Below are positions 1 through 14,814 of a DNA stretch of 64,000 nt, piece after piece; position 1 is the stretch's first letter, and each line of letters begins with the position of its first letter. The stretch is from the NCBI GenBank assembly GCA_965214865.1, contig CBDCCN010000004.1:1585300-1649299 (forward strand), read 5' to 3'. The notes under the pieces are model-generated. The model was not told the DNA's origin and did no database searches. It saw nothing but the letters and a program-made list of their open reading frames with translations. Made by a program: the position numbers and the translations under genes. This DNA is from Vicinamibacterales bacterium (GTDB lineage Bacteria > Acidobacteriota > Vicinamibacteria > Vicinamibacterales > UBA8438).

Positions 1-118
1 GAAAAAGCAATGCTACGTAGGCGGCGAGGCGTGCTGCCGTTTCGGCGCTCAGCCCCAGCCGCGCGCGTTCCGCCCGGATTCGCACGCGTTGCGCCAAATC
101 GTCCTCGCGTGTGAACAC
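1..118 (-). CDS. rsmG: 16S rRNA m7G527 methyltransferase RsmG, N-terminal fragment (gene runs off the left edge)
   Basis: The reverse-strand frame starts at GTG (116-118), 5 nt after the mnmG stop. It reads VFTREDDLAQRVRIRAERARLGLSAETAARLAAYVALLF, which resembles RsmG N-termini. mnmG-rsmG is the conserved gene order. Only 39 codons are visible. Confidence 0.5.
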   Translation of the reverse strand, partial: MFTREDDLAQRVRIRAERARLGLSAETAARLAAYVALLF

Positions 119-122
119 CCGC

Positions 123-1988
123 TTACGCATTCACCTTGGCGCCGATCAACGCTACCGCGGCCGGCGTTACGCCCGGGACACGCAGGGCCTGGCCCAGCGT
201 TTCCGGCCGAATCTCCGTCAACCGCTCCGCGATCTCGCGGGAAAGTCCCGGCAGGCCCCCGTAGGAAAAGCCCGCGGGAATCCGGCGCTGCTCCAGGCGC
301 CTCGCGCGTTCGATGGCCGCCTGCTGCCGCTCCAGGTAACCGGCATACTTGAAATGCGTCTCGACGCTCCAAAGGTCCATCTGCTCCTCGCCGTGCGCCA
401 CGTCGAGCTCCAACCCGTTCGTTCCGGCCAACTGCTCCAGCTTCGTATCCGGCCTTCGCAGAGCCTGCGATGCCCGTGCGCGTGTTCCGTCTCCGAGCGT
501 CACCGTCGTCTCCGCAACCCGGCGCCGGTTCGTCTCGAAGCGCGACCGGCGCTCCTGAAACCGCGCCCATCGGGATTCGTCCACCAGGCCGACCGACCGC
601 CCCCGTTCCGTCAGACGCAGGTCGGCGTTGTCGATCCGCAGCAGGAGCCGGTACTCCGCCCGCGACGTGAACATCCGGTAGGGTTCGAGACACCCGCGCG
701 TGGTCAGGTCGTCGGCCAGAACCCCCAGATAAGCCTCGTCCCGACCGACGACGAAAGGTTCCTCACCCGCAACCGCGAGCGCCGCGTTCATGCCGGCGAC
801 GATCCCCTGACCGGCCGCTTCCTCGTATCCCGACGTGCCGTTCACCTGCCCGGCGAGGAACAGCCCTCCCACGTTCTTCACCTCGTAAGTCCGGGTCAAG
901 GCCGTCGGCTGCACGAAGTCGTACTCCACCGCGTAACCCGGCCGCACCATCACGGCGTCTTCGAGTCCCGGCAGCGCGTGCACGAGGGTCTCCTGGACGT
1001 CGGCCGGCAGGCTCATCGAGCACCCGTTCACGTAGATCTCGTCGACGTCGATCCCTTCCGGCTCCAGGAAGATGTGGTGCCGCTCGTGGTGCGGAAACCG
1101 CATGACCTTGTCCTCGAGGGATGGACAGTAGCGCGGACCGATGCCTTCGATCTGCCCGTTGTACAACGGCGACCGATGGATGTTGGCCCGCACGATCTCG
1201 TGCACGCGCTCCGTGGTATGCATCCGGTGGCACACGATCTGCGGCCTATCGATGCCGGCGCTCATGAACGAGAACGGCACCGGCGCGTCGTCGCCGCGGG
1301 CCTCCTCGAACCGGTCGAAGTCGATGCTGTCCCGGTGGAGCCGCGGCGGCGTCCCCGTCTTCAAGCGGCCCCACGGCAGGCCGAGCGCTTTCAGCGATTC
1401 CGCCAAGTGTTGTGACGGCGGCTCGCCCGCCCGGCCGGCCGGGGTTCGCCTGCACCCCACGTGCACCAGACCGTTCAGAAAGGTGCCTGCCGTCACCACG
1501 ACCGCCCCGGCGTGCAGCCGCTCTCCGCCGGCGTCGCCGCCGGCCGTCTCCAGCTCGACGCCGGTGATGCGGTCATCGTGCACCGTCACGCGGCCGACCC
1601 GGCCGACGACCCACGTGATGCGCTCTTCCCGGCGGAGCGCATCCGCGACCCAAGCGCCGTAACGATGCTTGTCCGCCTGCGCCCGCGGCGATCGCACCGC
1701 CGGTCCCCGGCTGCGGTTCAGCAGCTTGAACTGGATGCCCGTCGCGTCGATTGCCTCGCCCATCAGCCCGCCGAGCGCGTCGATCTCGCGAACCAGGTGC
1801 CCCTTGGCGGTTCCGCCGATCGCCGGGTTGCAGGGCATGTGCGCCACGGTGGCGTCCGAAAGGGTACAGAGCCCGACGCGACACCCCATCCGGGCCGCGG
1901 CGCGGGCGGCCTCCACGCCGGCGTGCCCCGCGCCGATCACGATGACGTCGAATCGCTGACCAGCCACCTTGTGAAATCTCCGCCTCAC
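123..1988 (-). CDS. mnmG: tRNA uridine-5-carboxymethylaminomethyl modification enzyme MnmG (GidA)
   Basis: 621 aa. It has the FAD motif [16 protein letters not shown], then [23 protein letters not shown] and a typical GidA C-terminal domain. The GTG start overlaps the mnmE stop (GTGA). Confidence 0.95.
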   Translation of the reverse strand: MRRRFHKVAGQRFDVIVIGAGHAGVEAARAAARMGCRVGLCTLSDATVAHMPCNPAIGGTAKGHLVREIDALGGLMGEAIDATGIQFKLLNRSRGPAVRSPRAQADKHRYGAWVADALRREERITWVVGRVGRVTVHDDRITGVELETAGGDAGGERLHAGAVVVTAGTFLNGLVHVGCRRTPAGRAGEPPSQHLAESLKALGLPWGRLKTGTPPRLHRDSIDFDRFEEARGDDAPVPFSFMSAGIDRPQIVCHRMHTTERVHEIVRANIHRSPLYNGQIEGIGPRYCPSLEDKVMRFPHHERHHIFLEPEGIDVDEIYVNGCSMSLPADVQETLVHALPGLEDAVMVRPGYAVEYDFVQPTALTRTYEVKNVGGLFLAGQVNGTSGYEEAAGQGIVAGMNAALAVAGEEPFVVGRDEAYLGVLADDLTTRGCLEPYRMFTSRAEYRLLLRIDNADLRLTERGRSVGLVDESRWARFQERRSRFETNRRRVAETTVTLGDGTRARASQALRRPDTKLEQLAGTNGLELDVAHGEEQMDLWSVETHFKYAGYLERQQAAIERARRLEQRRIPAGFSYGGLPGLSREIAERLTEIRPETLGQALRVPGVTPAAVALIGAKVNA

Positions 1989-3355
1989 TTGCCGATGCAG
2001 AACCGTTCGAAGATCCGTTCGAGGACGGCATCCGGCGTTCGCTTCCCCGAGATCTCCTCGAATGCGCGCTGCGCCTCCTCCAGGTCGGCCAGCACGAGCT
2101 CCTCCGCGGCGCCGGCGGCCGACGACGACGACGCACGGTTCAGCGCCGCCGCCGCCGTGGTGAGCAGACCCAGGTGCCGGACGTTCGACACCGCCGGGGT
2201 GTCCCGGAACGGTGCTCCGCCCTCCAGGACGTCCAGCAGCGCATGGCGAATCGTGTTCGCGGCGCTCCCGTCCAGGAGGCAGGTCTCCAGCACGTGCGGG
2301 CGGGCAGAGACCTCCGGGTGCGCCGCCGGCGACCAGGCCGCCGGCAGGTCACGCTTGTTCGCGACCACGAGCCCCGGCCGCGCCGCCGTCTCCGCCAGCA
2401 GGGCATGATCATCGGCATCGAGCGGGCGCGAACGGTCCAGAACAGTAATGACCGCTGCCGCCACGCCGAGCGCTGCCCGCGCCCGGCGAACGCCCTCGGC
2501 CTCCACCGCGTCGGTCGTCGTCCGGACCCCCGCGGTGTCGACCAGGGTCACGGGAATCCCGCCGACGTCGATGGTCTCGGTCACCAGATCCCGCGTCGTT
2601 CCCGCCGCGCCGGTCACGATCGCCCGCTCGGCTCCGCACAGCATGTTGAACAAAGACGACTTGCCTACGTTGGGCCGGCCTGCGACGGCCACCTGACAGC
2701 CCTCGCGAATCAGCCGCCCCCGGCGCGCCGCGGCAATCAGATCGCGCACCTGCGCAGCCAGGTTCGCCGCCGCCACGCCGGCCCCTCTCGCATCGACGAA
2801 GTGATATCCCTCGTCCGGGAAGTCGAGCGAGGCTTCCAGCCGCGCCACCAGGTCGAACAGCGCCCGATCGATGGCGCCGATTGCCGCGGTGGCGGTCCCT
2901 TCGAGTTGATCGAAGGCGACGCGCGCCTGCCGCGGCGTCACCGCGGTGACGAGGTCGTGCACGGCTTCCGCCTGCACCAGGTCGATGCGGCCTCGCAGGA
3001 AGGCCCGGAACGTGAACTCGCCCGGCTCCGCCAGCCTGGCCCCCGCCGCGGTCGCCGCGACTACGATTCGGCGGAGGATCACCGGGCTGCCGTGTCCGCT
3101 GATCTCCACGACGTCCTCGCCGGTGTACGACCGCGGCCCCGGAAAGTATGTCGCCAGCACGCGGTCGATCGGTTGGCGATCGGTGGGATCGAGCGCTGCC
3201 GTCAACGTGGCGCGCCGCGGCTCCAGGCTCGACGGCGCCGAGAGAATGGCGGCTGCGATCGGTGTGGCCCGGGCGCCGCTTACGCGAACGATGCCGATGC
3301 CGCCCGGACCCGGCGGCGTCGCGATTGCCACGATCGTGTCGTCGGTAGCGAACAT
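1985..3355 (-). CDS. mnmE: tRNA modification GTPase MnmE (TrmE)
   Basis: 456 aa with an N-terminal [10 protein letters not shown] motif. The G-domain carries [12 protein letters not shown] and DTAG. The C-terminus is the CIGK signature. ATG start at 3355. Confidence 0.95.
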   Translation of the reverse strand: MFATDDTIVAIATPPGPGGIGIVRVSGARATPIAAAILSAPSSLEPRRATLTAALDPTDRQPIDRVLATYFPGPRSYTGEDVVEISGHGSPVILRRIVVAATAAGARLAEPGEFTFRAFLRGRIDLVQAEAVHDLVTAVTPRQARVAFDQLEGTATAAIGAIDRALFDLVARLEASLDFPDEGYHFVDARGAGVAAANLAAQVRDLIAAARRGRLIREGCQVAVAGRPNVGKSSLFNMLCGAERAIVTGAAGTTRDLVTETIDVGGIPVTLVDTAGVRTTTDAVEAEGVRRARAALGVAAAVITVLDRSRPLDADDHALLAETAARPGLVVANKRDLPAAWSPAAHPEVSARPHVLETCLLDGSAANTIRHALLDVLEGGAPFRDTPAVSNVRHLGLLTTAAAALNRASSSSAAGAAEELVLADLEEAQRAFEEISGKRTPDAVLERIFERFCIGK

Positions 3356-3452
3356 GCGCGTCTTCGCTCAGCGCCGCGCCCGACGGGCTGCCGCGCCGGC
3401 GGGCGCCGGCGTGACCAGGACGCCCGGCCGCGCCCGGGCACGATCAACACCT

Positions 3453-3905
3453 TCATTCGCTGGGGGTGATGAGGACCGTCTTCATGAAGGCGTCCCCGCT
3501 GCTCTCGGACGCCACGCCCGGGATGTCGGCGACCGCCACGTGCACGATCCGCCGCGCGTAGGGGTTGAGCGGACCCATCTCCTGGACCGCTCCGGTATCC
3601 CGGGCTCTGGCCGCGAGGATCTTCGCCGACTGGCGCAGCTCCTCGTCCTTGCCCTTCCGGTAGTCGAGGCAATCGACGACGATGTGTCCACCGGCGTGCT
3701 CGCGCCGGAAGGCGGCGTTGACCACGTGCTGCAGAGCGTCGAGCCCGGCCGCCTTGCGCTGCAGGAACACCTCGGAGCCGTCTCCGGCCAGGCGCACCCG
3801 CGTGCCGTCCTCTATTCGTTCGACGTCGACGTCGAACGACACGCCCAACGCCTGGCCGATTCCCCTTACGAACTCGCCCATCCGCGTGTCGAGCGCGTCA
3901 CTCAC
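3453..3905 (-). CDS. jag: Jag-like RNA-binding protein (KH + R3H domains, no Jag_N domain)
   Basis: The C-terminal 150 aa of the 264-aa track ORF show a KH-like segment (FVRGIGQALGVSFDVDVE) and an R3H-like segment (LNPYARRIVHVAV). The GTG at 3905 overlaps the yidC stop (GTGA) and follows GGAAGGAAGG. An alternative ATG lies at 3881. The upstream part of the track ORF overlaps yidC and is not coding-like. Confidence 0.8.
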   Translation of the reverse strand: MSDALDTRMGEFVRGIGQALGVSFDVDVERIEDGTRVRLAGDGSEVFLQRKAAGLDALQHVVNAAFRREHAGGHIVVDCLDYRKGKDEELRQSAKILAARARDTGAVQEMGPLNPYARRIVHVAVADIPGVASESSGDAFMKTVLITPSE

Positions 3906-5716
3906 TGTCCTTTTGCCTTCCTTCCCGACGACCCGCCCGTGCGGCCGCTCTTCTTCACGCGGCGTTCGGCGGGCGGCCGGATGGTGCGCGTCTTCGGAGG
4001 GCCGATCACGCGATTCGTCACGACGGTCTGCAGAATCCCGATGACGTTGCTGGTGAGCCAGTATAGAACCAGCCCGCTCGGCGCCCACACGAACATGAAC
4101 GTGAACACCACCGGCATGATCATCATGATCTTCTGCTGCATCGGGTCCGCCTGGGTCGGCGTCAGCTTCTGCTGGAGCACCATCGACGCGCCCATGACGA
4201 TCGGCGTGATGTAGAGCGGATCCTCCACCGACAGGTCGGTGATCCAACCCACGAACGGCTCACCGCGAATCTCGACCGACGCCCGGAGGAGGCTGAAGAA
4301 CGCGAAGAGCACCGGAAAGGTCAGGAGCATCGGCAGGCACCCGCTGGCCGGGTTCACCCCCCGGTCGCGATAGAGCGCCATGATCTCCTGGTTCATCTTC
4401 TGCTTCTCGGGATCGGTCGCCTTCAGATGGGAGTACCGTTCCTGAATGGCCTTCATCTCCGGCTGCACTTCCTGCATCTTCCGCATCGACACCACGCTCT
4501 TGTGGCGCAGCGGGAAGATCATGATGTTCACCAGGATCGTGAGGATGATGATCGCCCAGCCCCAGTTGCCCACGAAGCCGTGGACCCACGTGAGCGATCG
4601 GTGCAGCGGCACGACCAGCCAGCCGAGCCAGCCGAAGTCGATGGACCGGGTCAGCGTGGGATCCACCTGCTCGAGCAGGTCGAACTCTTTCGGGCCGACG
4701 AAGAACGGCAGGTCGATAGCGTCTCCCGGCGCCCGCAGTCTGAACGCCATGAGCTCGCGCGGCGGACCGTCGGGCGTCAGGGGCGGCAGGGGCACGTAGC
4801 GATACGTCACCTGCATCTCCTGGCGCCCCGTCAGGGCGACGGCGGCGAAATAGTGGTTGTCGACGCCGGCGAACCCCATCTGCCCGCTGTACGTGGGACG
4901 CGCGGAAACGTCCGAGGCGGTCGGCCGCGTCATGCCCTCCTCCTCCACGCCCTCGGGGCCCACCAGGCGGCCGAAGATCACGCCGCGCGGTCCCTCGCGA
5001 TAGGCCATTCCGGAACTCGACGACTCCACGCCGCCCAGGGCCGGACCCCATTCGACGGCCGGCTTCAGGCGGGTGTCGCCAAGGAACGCGGCAGCGCGGA
5101 AACGGACGAGATAGCCGTGGGCGGCGGGGTCGAATTCGTACTCCTTCCGGACGCGAAAGCCGGACGAGTCTTCGAACTCGAACGCCAGCGTCTCCGCCCG
5201 GTCGGTGAGCGAGACGCGGCTCGTGCTCGGTCGAAACAGGGCGTCTGCCGCACGGGCGGTCAGCCCCGGGTCGTCGAACGCCAGCGAGAAGGGTGGAAGC
5301 TCTCCGGCCGGCAGCTCGCCGGGCACGAGGTCGATGGGCGCGCCCGCCTCCTGATCGAGATGGTCCTTGAGCTCCCAGCGGAACGGCGCGGCGCCGCGAT
5401 TCCGGAACATCGCGCGAATGCGTCCGCTCTCGACGACGATCTCGCGAGGCTCCGCATCGGCGATCACCGGTGCAATCTCGCCGCGGGCGGCGTCCTCCGC
5501 ATCGGCTTCCGGCGCGGCGGGAGCGGACGCTGCACCAGGCGGCGCCGGCCGACCCGGGCCTGCCGGAGGCGGCGCGGCCGGCGGTGGCGGCCCGCCGGTC
5601 CCGGCCGTTCCCCGCGGCGGCGCCGGCGGTACGACGAGGCTCTGGTACACGAGAAGCACCAGCAGCGACAGAAGGAAGGCGAGCAGGACTCTTCGTTCCA
5701 TGAGTGGGCCTGACAT
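3902..5716 (-). CDS. yidC: membrane protein insertase YidC
   Basis: 604 aa with an N-terminal TM helix, a Pro/Ala-rich linker, a large periplasmic domain and a C-terminal 60-kDa insertase core (PLRHKSVVSMRKMQEVQPEMKAIQERY, GCLPMLLTFPVLFAFF). It sits in the conserved position in the rnpA-yidD-yidC-jag cluster. Confidence 0.95.
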   Translation of the reverse strand: MSGPLMERRVLLAFLLSLLVLLVYQSLVVPPAPPRGTAGTGGPPPPAAPPPAGPGRPAPPGAASAPAAPEADAEDAARGEIAPVIADAEPREIVVESGRIRAMFRNRGAAPFRWELKDHLDQEAGAPIDLVPGELPAGELPPFSLAFDDPGLTARAADALFRPSTSRVSLTDRAETLAFEFEDSSGFRVRKEYEFDPAAHGYLVRFRAAAFLGDTRLKPAVEWGPALGGVESSSSGMAYREGPRGVIFGRLVGPEGVEEEGMTRPTASDVSARPTYSGQMGFAGVDNHYFAAVALTGRQEMQVTYRYVPLPPLTPDGPPRELMAFRLRAPGDAIDLPFFVGPKEFDLLEQVDPTLTRSIDFGWLGWLVVPLHRSLTWVHGFVGNWGWAIIILTILVNIMIFPLRHKSVVSMRKMQEVQPEMKAIQERYSHLKATDPEKQKMNQEIMALYRDRGVNPASGCLPMLLTFPVLFAFFSLLRASVEIRGEPFVGWITDLSVEDPLYITPIVMGASMVLQQKLTPTQADPMQQKIMMIMPVVFTFMFVWAPSGLVLYWLTSNVIGILQTVVTNRVIGPPKTRTIRPPAERRVKKSGRTGGSSGRKAKGQ

Positions 5717-5740
5717 GCACGCCCGCCGGAGCGTGTCTCT

Positions 5741-6034
5741 TCATGCAGCATCCGCGCCAGGGCCGCGCGGTGCCGGAACCTGGTCGAGTCCCCCGCGGCA
5801 GAGCGGCTGACAGCGCGCCAGCCTCCAGGCCGCGAGCCCGACTCCGCGGATGGCCCCGTGCCGCGCGATCGCTTCCACCGCGTAGGCCGAGCACGAGGGC
5901 ACGAACCGACAGCGCCCCCCGAGCACCGGAGAAAAAGTCACCCGATAGGACCTAATCGCGAGCAGCAGCAGGCGTGCGGCCAGGGACGGGACCCGGGCTG
6001 CGCCCCCGCCGCGGCTGTCGACGGGATCTTCCAT
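5741..6034 (-). CDS. yidD: membrane protein insertion efficiency factor YidD
   Basis: Carries the YidD signature LLLLAIRSYRVTFSPVLGGRCRFVPSCSAYAVEAIARHGAIRG...RLARCQP. ATG start at 6034, with an alternative GTG at 6052. It overlaps the 3' end of rnpA. Confidence 0.85.
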   Translation of the reverse strand: MEDPVDSRGGGAARVPSLAARLLLLAIRSYRVTFSPVLGGRCRFVPSCSAYAVEAIARHGAIRGVGLAAWRLARCQPLCRGGLDQVPAPRGPGADAA

Positions 6035-6362
6035 GCCGCTGGAGCGTGGCACGATAGTCGGACTCGAGCGCGGCGAACCGAACGTCCGGGAACTCGGGCC
6101 GCAACAGCGCCACGAGATCGATTCCCGGCATGCCCCTGCGGTGACGGAAAAGTTCGCGCATCAAGCGCTTGGCCCGGTTCCGGCGAACCGCGCCGCCGAC
6201 GCGGCGGGTAGCGATGATCCCCAGTCTGCTCCGGTCGAGATCGTTGGGCAGCGCGAACAGCGTGAGGTAGCGGCCCCGGACGCGTTCACCCTGCCGCTGG
6301 ACACGGAGAAACTCCCCGCGCCGTCGAATCCGGTCGCGTCGGGGAAGGCTCCGATCCACCAC
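5952..6362 (-). CDS. rnpA: ribonuclease P protein component
   Basis: 136 aa, basic, with RnpA-like FLRVQRQGERVRGRYLTLF...GIIATRRVGGAVRRNRAKRLMRE. It lies immediately downstream of rpmH. GTG start. Confidence 0.9.
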   Translation of the reverse strand: MVDRSLPRRDRIRRRGEFLRVQRQGERVRGRYLTLFALPNDLDRSRLGIIATRRVGGAVRRNRAKRLMRELFRHRRGMPGIDLVALLRPEFPDVRFAALESDYRATLQRHGRSRRQPRRGRSPGPVPGRTPAAARD

Positions 6363-6410
6363 TCCAGCCGCCGCGATGCCCCTTTCGGAGGACCGGCCGC
6401 GGTCGATCCC

Positions 6411-6548
6411 CTACGCCACGGAGAGGCGCTTCCGGCCCTTGGCGCGGCGCCGTCTCAGGATTTCCCTGCCGGTCTTCGTGCTCATTCGCTTGCGAAACCC
6501 GTGCGTCCGCTTGCGCCGCCGGTTGTTCGGCTGATACGTGCGCTTCAT
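6411..6548 (-). CDS. rpmH: 50S ribosomal protein L34
   Basis: Not in the ORF track because it is too short. Hand translation of the reverse strand gives [45 protein letters not shown], a canonical L34. Confidence 0.95.
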   Translation of the reverse strand: MKRTYQPNNRRRKRTHGFRKRMSTKTGREILRRRRAKGRKRLSVA

Positions 6549-6802
6549 GCTGCTCTCATCGTTCCCACGATCCGCCCCGAACGGGCACACACCAAACAGT
6601 TATCGTAGCCAAGTCGCCTTGCGGATGTCAACGGCTGCGAGGACTTCATGCCTCGTCTTGACGAGCCGGTTTCCGATTGCCGTCGCCCCCCGGATGTGGT
6701 ACCTTGCACCGACTCCTCCCCCCCGGTCAGACTTCCACAGGGTGTTGAAGGAACTGTGGAAAATCGGGTCGCGGCTGCACCGGTGGAGGCACCCGCACAT
6801 TG
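6549..6802. promoter_or_regulatory. rpmH/dnaA divergent intergenic region with DnaA-box-like motifs (promoters, possible oriC part)
   Basis: 254-bp spacer. TGTGGAAAA at 6755-6763 (reverse complement TTTTCCACA) matches TTATCCACA at 8/9. Weaker CCACA cores occur at 6731-6739 (ACTTCCACA) and 6695-6703 (TGTGGTACC). A GGTGGAGG Shine-Dalgarno sits at 6782-6789 ahead of dnaA. Confidence 0.4.
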
Positions 6803-8122
6803 ATGGCGAGCAACGTCTGGACACAGGTTCTTGAGCGCATCGAAACCAAGGTCAACCGCCATAGCTTCAACACGTGGTTCAGCCCGACCGTCCTCGTGGA
6901 GGACACCGGCGACCGCGTCGCGGTGAGGGTCCCGAGCGAGCTCTGCCGCAACTGGCTCACCAAGCACTACTCCGGGTTGATCGCGGAAGCCGCCGCCGAG
7001 GTCCAGCGCCGCGGCGTCACGGTCGCGTTCGTCATCGACGCGGAGGCCGGAACCATGGCGCCGCGGACAGCCCCCCGGCCCACCGCGGCTCCCGCCCCCA
7101 GGGCGGTCGCGCGCGGACTGAACCCGAAGTACACCTTCGGTTCGTTCGTCGTCGGTTCGTCGAACCAGTTCGCCCAAGCGGCCGCCGTCGCCGTCAGCGA
7201 GGGGCCGTCCCGCTCGTACAACCCGCTCTATCTGTACGGCGGTGTCGGTCTCGGCAAGACCCACCTGATGCACGCGATCGGTCATTGTCTTCTCGGTCAG
7301 ATGCCCGATCTCGGCCTCACGTACATCTCGTCCGAACGTTTCATGAACGAGATGATCAACGCGGTGCGCCACGGTCACACGCTCGACTTCAGGGAACGCT
7401 TCCGAAAACTCGACGTCCTGATGATCGACGACGTGCAGTTCCTGTCCGGCAAGGAGGGCACGCAGACCGAGTTCTTCCACACGTTCAACTCGCTGTACGA
7501 CGCGCACAAGCAGATCGTCATCAGCAGCGACTGCCCGCCGCACGCGATCCAGGCGCTCGAGGACCGCCTCCGGTCACGGTTCGAATGGGGGCTGATCGCC
7601 GACATCCAGCCCCCGGATCTGGAGACGAAGGTCGCGATTCTCAAGAAGAAAGCCGAGGCCGAGGCCGTCCCCCTTCCCGACGACGTGGCGCACTACATCG
7701 CAGGCGGCGTCAAGTCCAACGTACGCGAGCTGGAGGGATCCCTGATCCGGCTCATCGCGTACGCCTCGTTGACCGGCAGCACCGTCTCGCTGCCGGTCGC
7801 CCGCGAGGTCCTCCGCAACCTCCTGCACCGCGACGAGCGGCGCGTCAGCATCGAGATGATCCAGAAGTTCATCGCGAACCACTACCGGCTCAAGCTTGCG
7901 GACCTCAAGGGCCGCAACAGTTCGAAAGCGGTCGCGGGCCCGCGGCAGGTCGCCATGTTCCTCTGCCGGAACCTGACCGACGCCTCCCTCCCCCGGATCG
8001 GCAAGGGCTTCGGCCGGGACCATTCCACCGTCGTCCACTCGATTCGCAAGGTCGAGGCGAAATGCAAGACCGATCCCGAGTTCCACAACCTGATCAACAG
8101 CTTCATCGAGACGTTTCGCTAG
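6803..8122 (+). CDS. dnaA: chromosomal replication initiator protein DnaA
   Basis: N-terminal WTQVLERIETKVNRHSFNTWF. AAA+ motifs are GGVGLGKTHLMHAIG and LMIDDVQFLSGKEGTQTEFFHTFN. The C-terminal DNA-binding domain carries GRDHSTVVHSIRKVE. The track start at 6800 is TTG; the ATG at 6803 is used here. Confidence 0.95.
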   Translation: MASNVWTQVLERIETKVNRHSFNTWFSPTVLVEDTGDRVAVRVPSELCRNWLTKHYSGLIAEAAAEVQRRGVTVAFVIDAEAGTMAPRTAPRPTAAPAPRAVARGLNPKYTFGSFVVGSSNQFAQAAAVAVSEGPSRSYNPLYLYGGVGLGKTHLMHAIGHCLLGQMPDLGLTYISSERFMNEMINAVRHGHTLDFRERFRKLDVLMIDDVQFLSGKEGTQTEFFHTFNSLYDAHKQIVISSDCPPHAIQALEDRLRSRFEWGLIADIQPPDLETKVAILKKKAEAEAVPLPDDVAHYIAGGVKSNVRELEGSLIRLIAYASLTGSTVSLPVAREVLRNLLHRDERRVSIEMIQKFIANHYRLKLADLKGRNSSKAVAGPRQVAMFLCRNLTDASLPRIGKGFGRDHSTVVHSIRKVEAKCKTDPEFHNLINSFIETFR

Positions 8123-8408
8123 ACCGTGCCGCGGCGGATCCCCCCAGGTCTCCACTTTCCACACCCGACCCGGCTGCGGCGCCGCACACCGGCTGTGGAC
8201 GTGTCCTCCGTCCACCGCGGGGCGCCTGCCGCGGGCGCCGTCGTCAACGGGACGGTTCGTCGTTAAGTCGTTGATCGGACGGCACTTGAAATGCCCGCCC
8301 ACATTCCCGCAGCCCTTCTGGATCCTGATATACTCTGACGATCTTCCTGATCTTGCGAGTGATCGTCAGTCGCCGTCGCGAGCTCCACTGTACGAGGCCG
8401 CCATCTCC
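8123..8408. promoter_or_regulatory. dnaA-dnaN intergenic region, candidate oriC / DNA-unwinding element
   Basis: 286-bp spacer. DnaA-box-like CTTTCCACA lies at 8155-8163 (7/9) and TGTGGACGT at 8194-8202 (6/9). Positions 8321-8370 are only 46% GC and carry four GATC sites (8321, 8340, 8349, 8361), including tandem GATCTTCCT/GATCTTGCG. No perfect TTATCCACA was seen. Confidence 0.35.
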
Positions 8409-9566
8409 ATGGAACTGACCCTTCAGAAAAGCGATCTGCTGCACGAGCTCCAGCTCTGCCAGGGGATCGTCGAACGCAAGAACACCATCCCGATTCTCGG
8501 GAACGTGCTGCTGGAAACGAACGACGACGGTGGCGTGCGGCTGCTGGCGACCGACCTCGAAGTCGGGTTGCGCAGCCGGTGCCGCGCGTCGATCACGCGC
8601 GCCGGCGCGCTGACGATTCCGGCGAAGAAGCTGTTCGAGATCGTGCGGGCGCTGCCGGACACCGAGATCAGGATCGAGGCCGGTTCCCACGGCGCGGTGA
8701 ACGTGTCGGCGGAGCGTTTCGATTCCCGGATGCAGACGCTTCCCAGGGAGGACTTTCCGACCCTGCCGGACCCGGGCGCCGACGCGACGGAGGTCGTCGC
8801 CCGGGAGGCGCTGTTCGGCATGGTGACGAAGACGCAGTTCGCGATCACCGGCGAGGATACGCGCTACTTCCTGAACGGCGCACTGTTCATTCTGAAGCCG
8901 GGGTCGATGAGCCTGATCGCCACGGACGGGCACCGGCTCGCGCTGGCCACCGCGGTGCGGGACGGCGCGGACGACACGGACGGCGCGGACGACACGGACG
9001 GCGCGGACGACACGGACGGCGCGGACGACGAAGTGCGGGCGATTCTTCCGAAGAAGACCCTCGGCGAACTGTCGCGGCTGCTCGCGGGCGGGGAAGGCGA
9101 CGTCCGCTACACCCGGGGAGAGAGTCATCTGTTCTTCGAGATCGACGGGCGGCAACTCGTTTCCCGCATGATCGATGCGCAGTTTCCGGCCTACGAGCGC
9201 GTGATTCCGGTCGGCAACGACAGGAAGGTCGAGTTCGAGCGCGATCGGCTGACCAGTGCGATCAGGCGGGTCGCGCTGCTGTCGAGCGAGCGCTCCCGCG
9301 CCATCAGGTTCCGGATTGACGAGTCCACCGCCGAAGTGACGTCGAGCAGTCCGGAAGTCGGGGAAGCCAAGGAGTTGCTGCCGGTCGACTACGCCGGCTC
9401 CGAGCTGGAGATCTGCTTCAACGCCCAGTACGTGCTCGATTTTCTCGCGGTGGCCGAGACGGACAGCGTGACGCTGGAGCTCAAGGACGAGAAGAGCCAG
9501 GCCGTCATGTATCCGTCCGGTGAAAAGGCAGGCTACACGTACGTGATCATGCCGATGCGCGTGTAG
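8409..9566 (+). CDS. dnaN: DNA polymerase III beta sliding clamp
   Basis: The internal ATG at 8409 gives [44 protein letters not shown] and C-terminal MPMRV are typical DnaN. It contains an acidic repeat insertion, listed as a separate feature. Confidence 0.95.
   Translation: MELTLQKSDLLHELQLCQGIVERKNTIPILGNVLLETNDDGGVRLLATDLEVGLRSRCRASITRAGALTIPAKKLFEIVRALPDTEIRIEAGSHGAVNVSAERFDSRMQTLPREDFPTLPDPGADATEVVAREALFGMVTKTQFAITGEDTRYFLNGALFILKPGSMSLIATDGHRLALATAVRDGADDTDGADDTDGADDTDGADDEVRAILPKKTLGELSRLLAGGEGDVRYTRGESHLFFEIDGRQLVSRMIDAQFPAYERVIPVGNDRKVEFERDRLTSAIRRVALLSSERSRAIRFRIDESTAEVTSSSPEVGEAKELLPVDYAGSELEICFNAQYVLDFLAVAETDSVTLELKDEKSQAVMYPSGEKAGYTYVIMPMRV
8961..9029 (+). repeat. in-frame 18-bp tandem repeat (3 perfect units plus a 15-bp partial) inside dnaN
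   Basis: GACGGCGCGGACGACACG occurs at 8961-8978, 8979-8996 and 8997-9014, with a partial unit at 9015-9029. It encodes [23 protein letters not shown](E). Confidence 0.95.
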
Positions 9567-12182
<2,616 letters not shown>

Positions 12183-12249
12183 CGTTCCCCACCCGAGACG
12201 ATCCGCGGCGCCGCCGGAGTCCGGGCCGCGATTCCTCGCAGGAATCCCC

Positions 12250-14760
<2,511 letters not shown>

Positions 14761-14814
14761 GCCCGGTACCGGCGTTCGTGACGGGCGCCGGTCGCAAGTA
14801 ACAAGGAGGCGGGG

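Noticed and set aside
3906-4247. Upstream 114 codons of the 264-aa Jag ORF
   Set aside because: They overlap the 3' end of yidC and have a His/Asp/Arg-rich nonsense composition. A GTG at the yidC stop with an upstream purine-rich site gives a sensible KH+R3H protein.
8961-9029. Tandem repeat considered as a possible CRISPR or mini-satellite element
   Set aside because: The units are contiguous with no spacers. They are only 18 bp long and in frame inside dnaN. This is a coding tandem repeat, not a CRISPR array.
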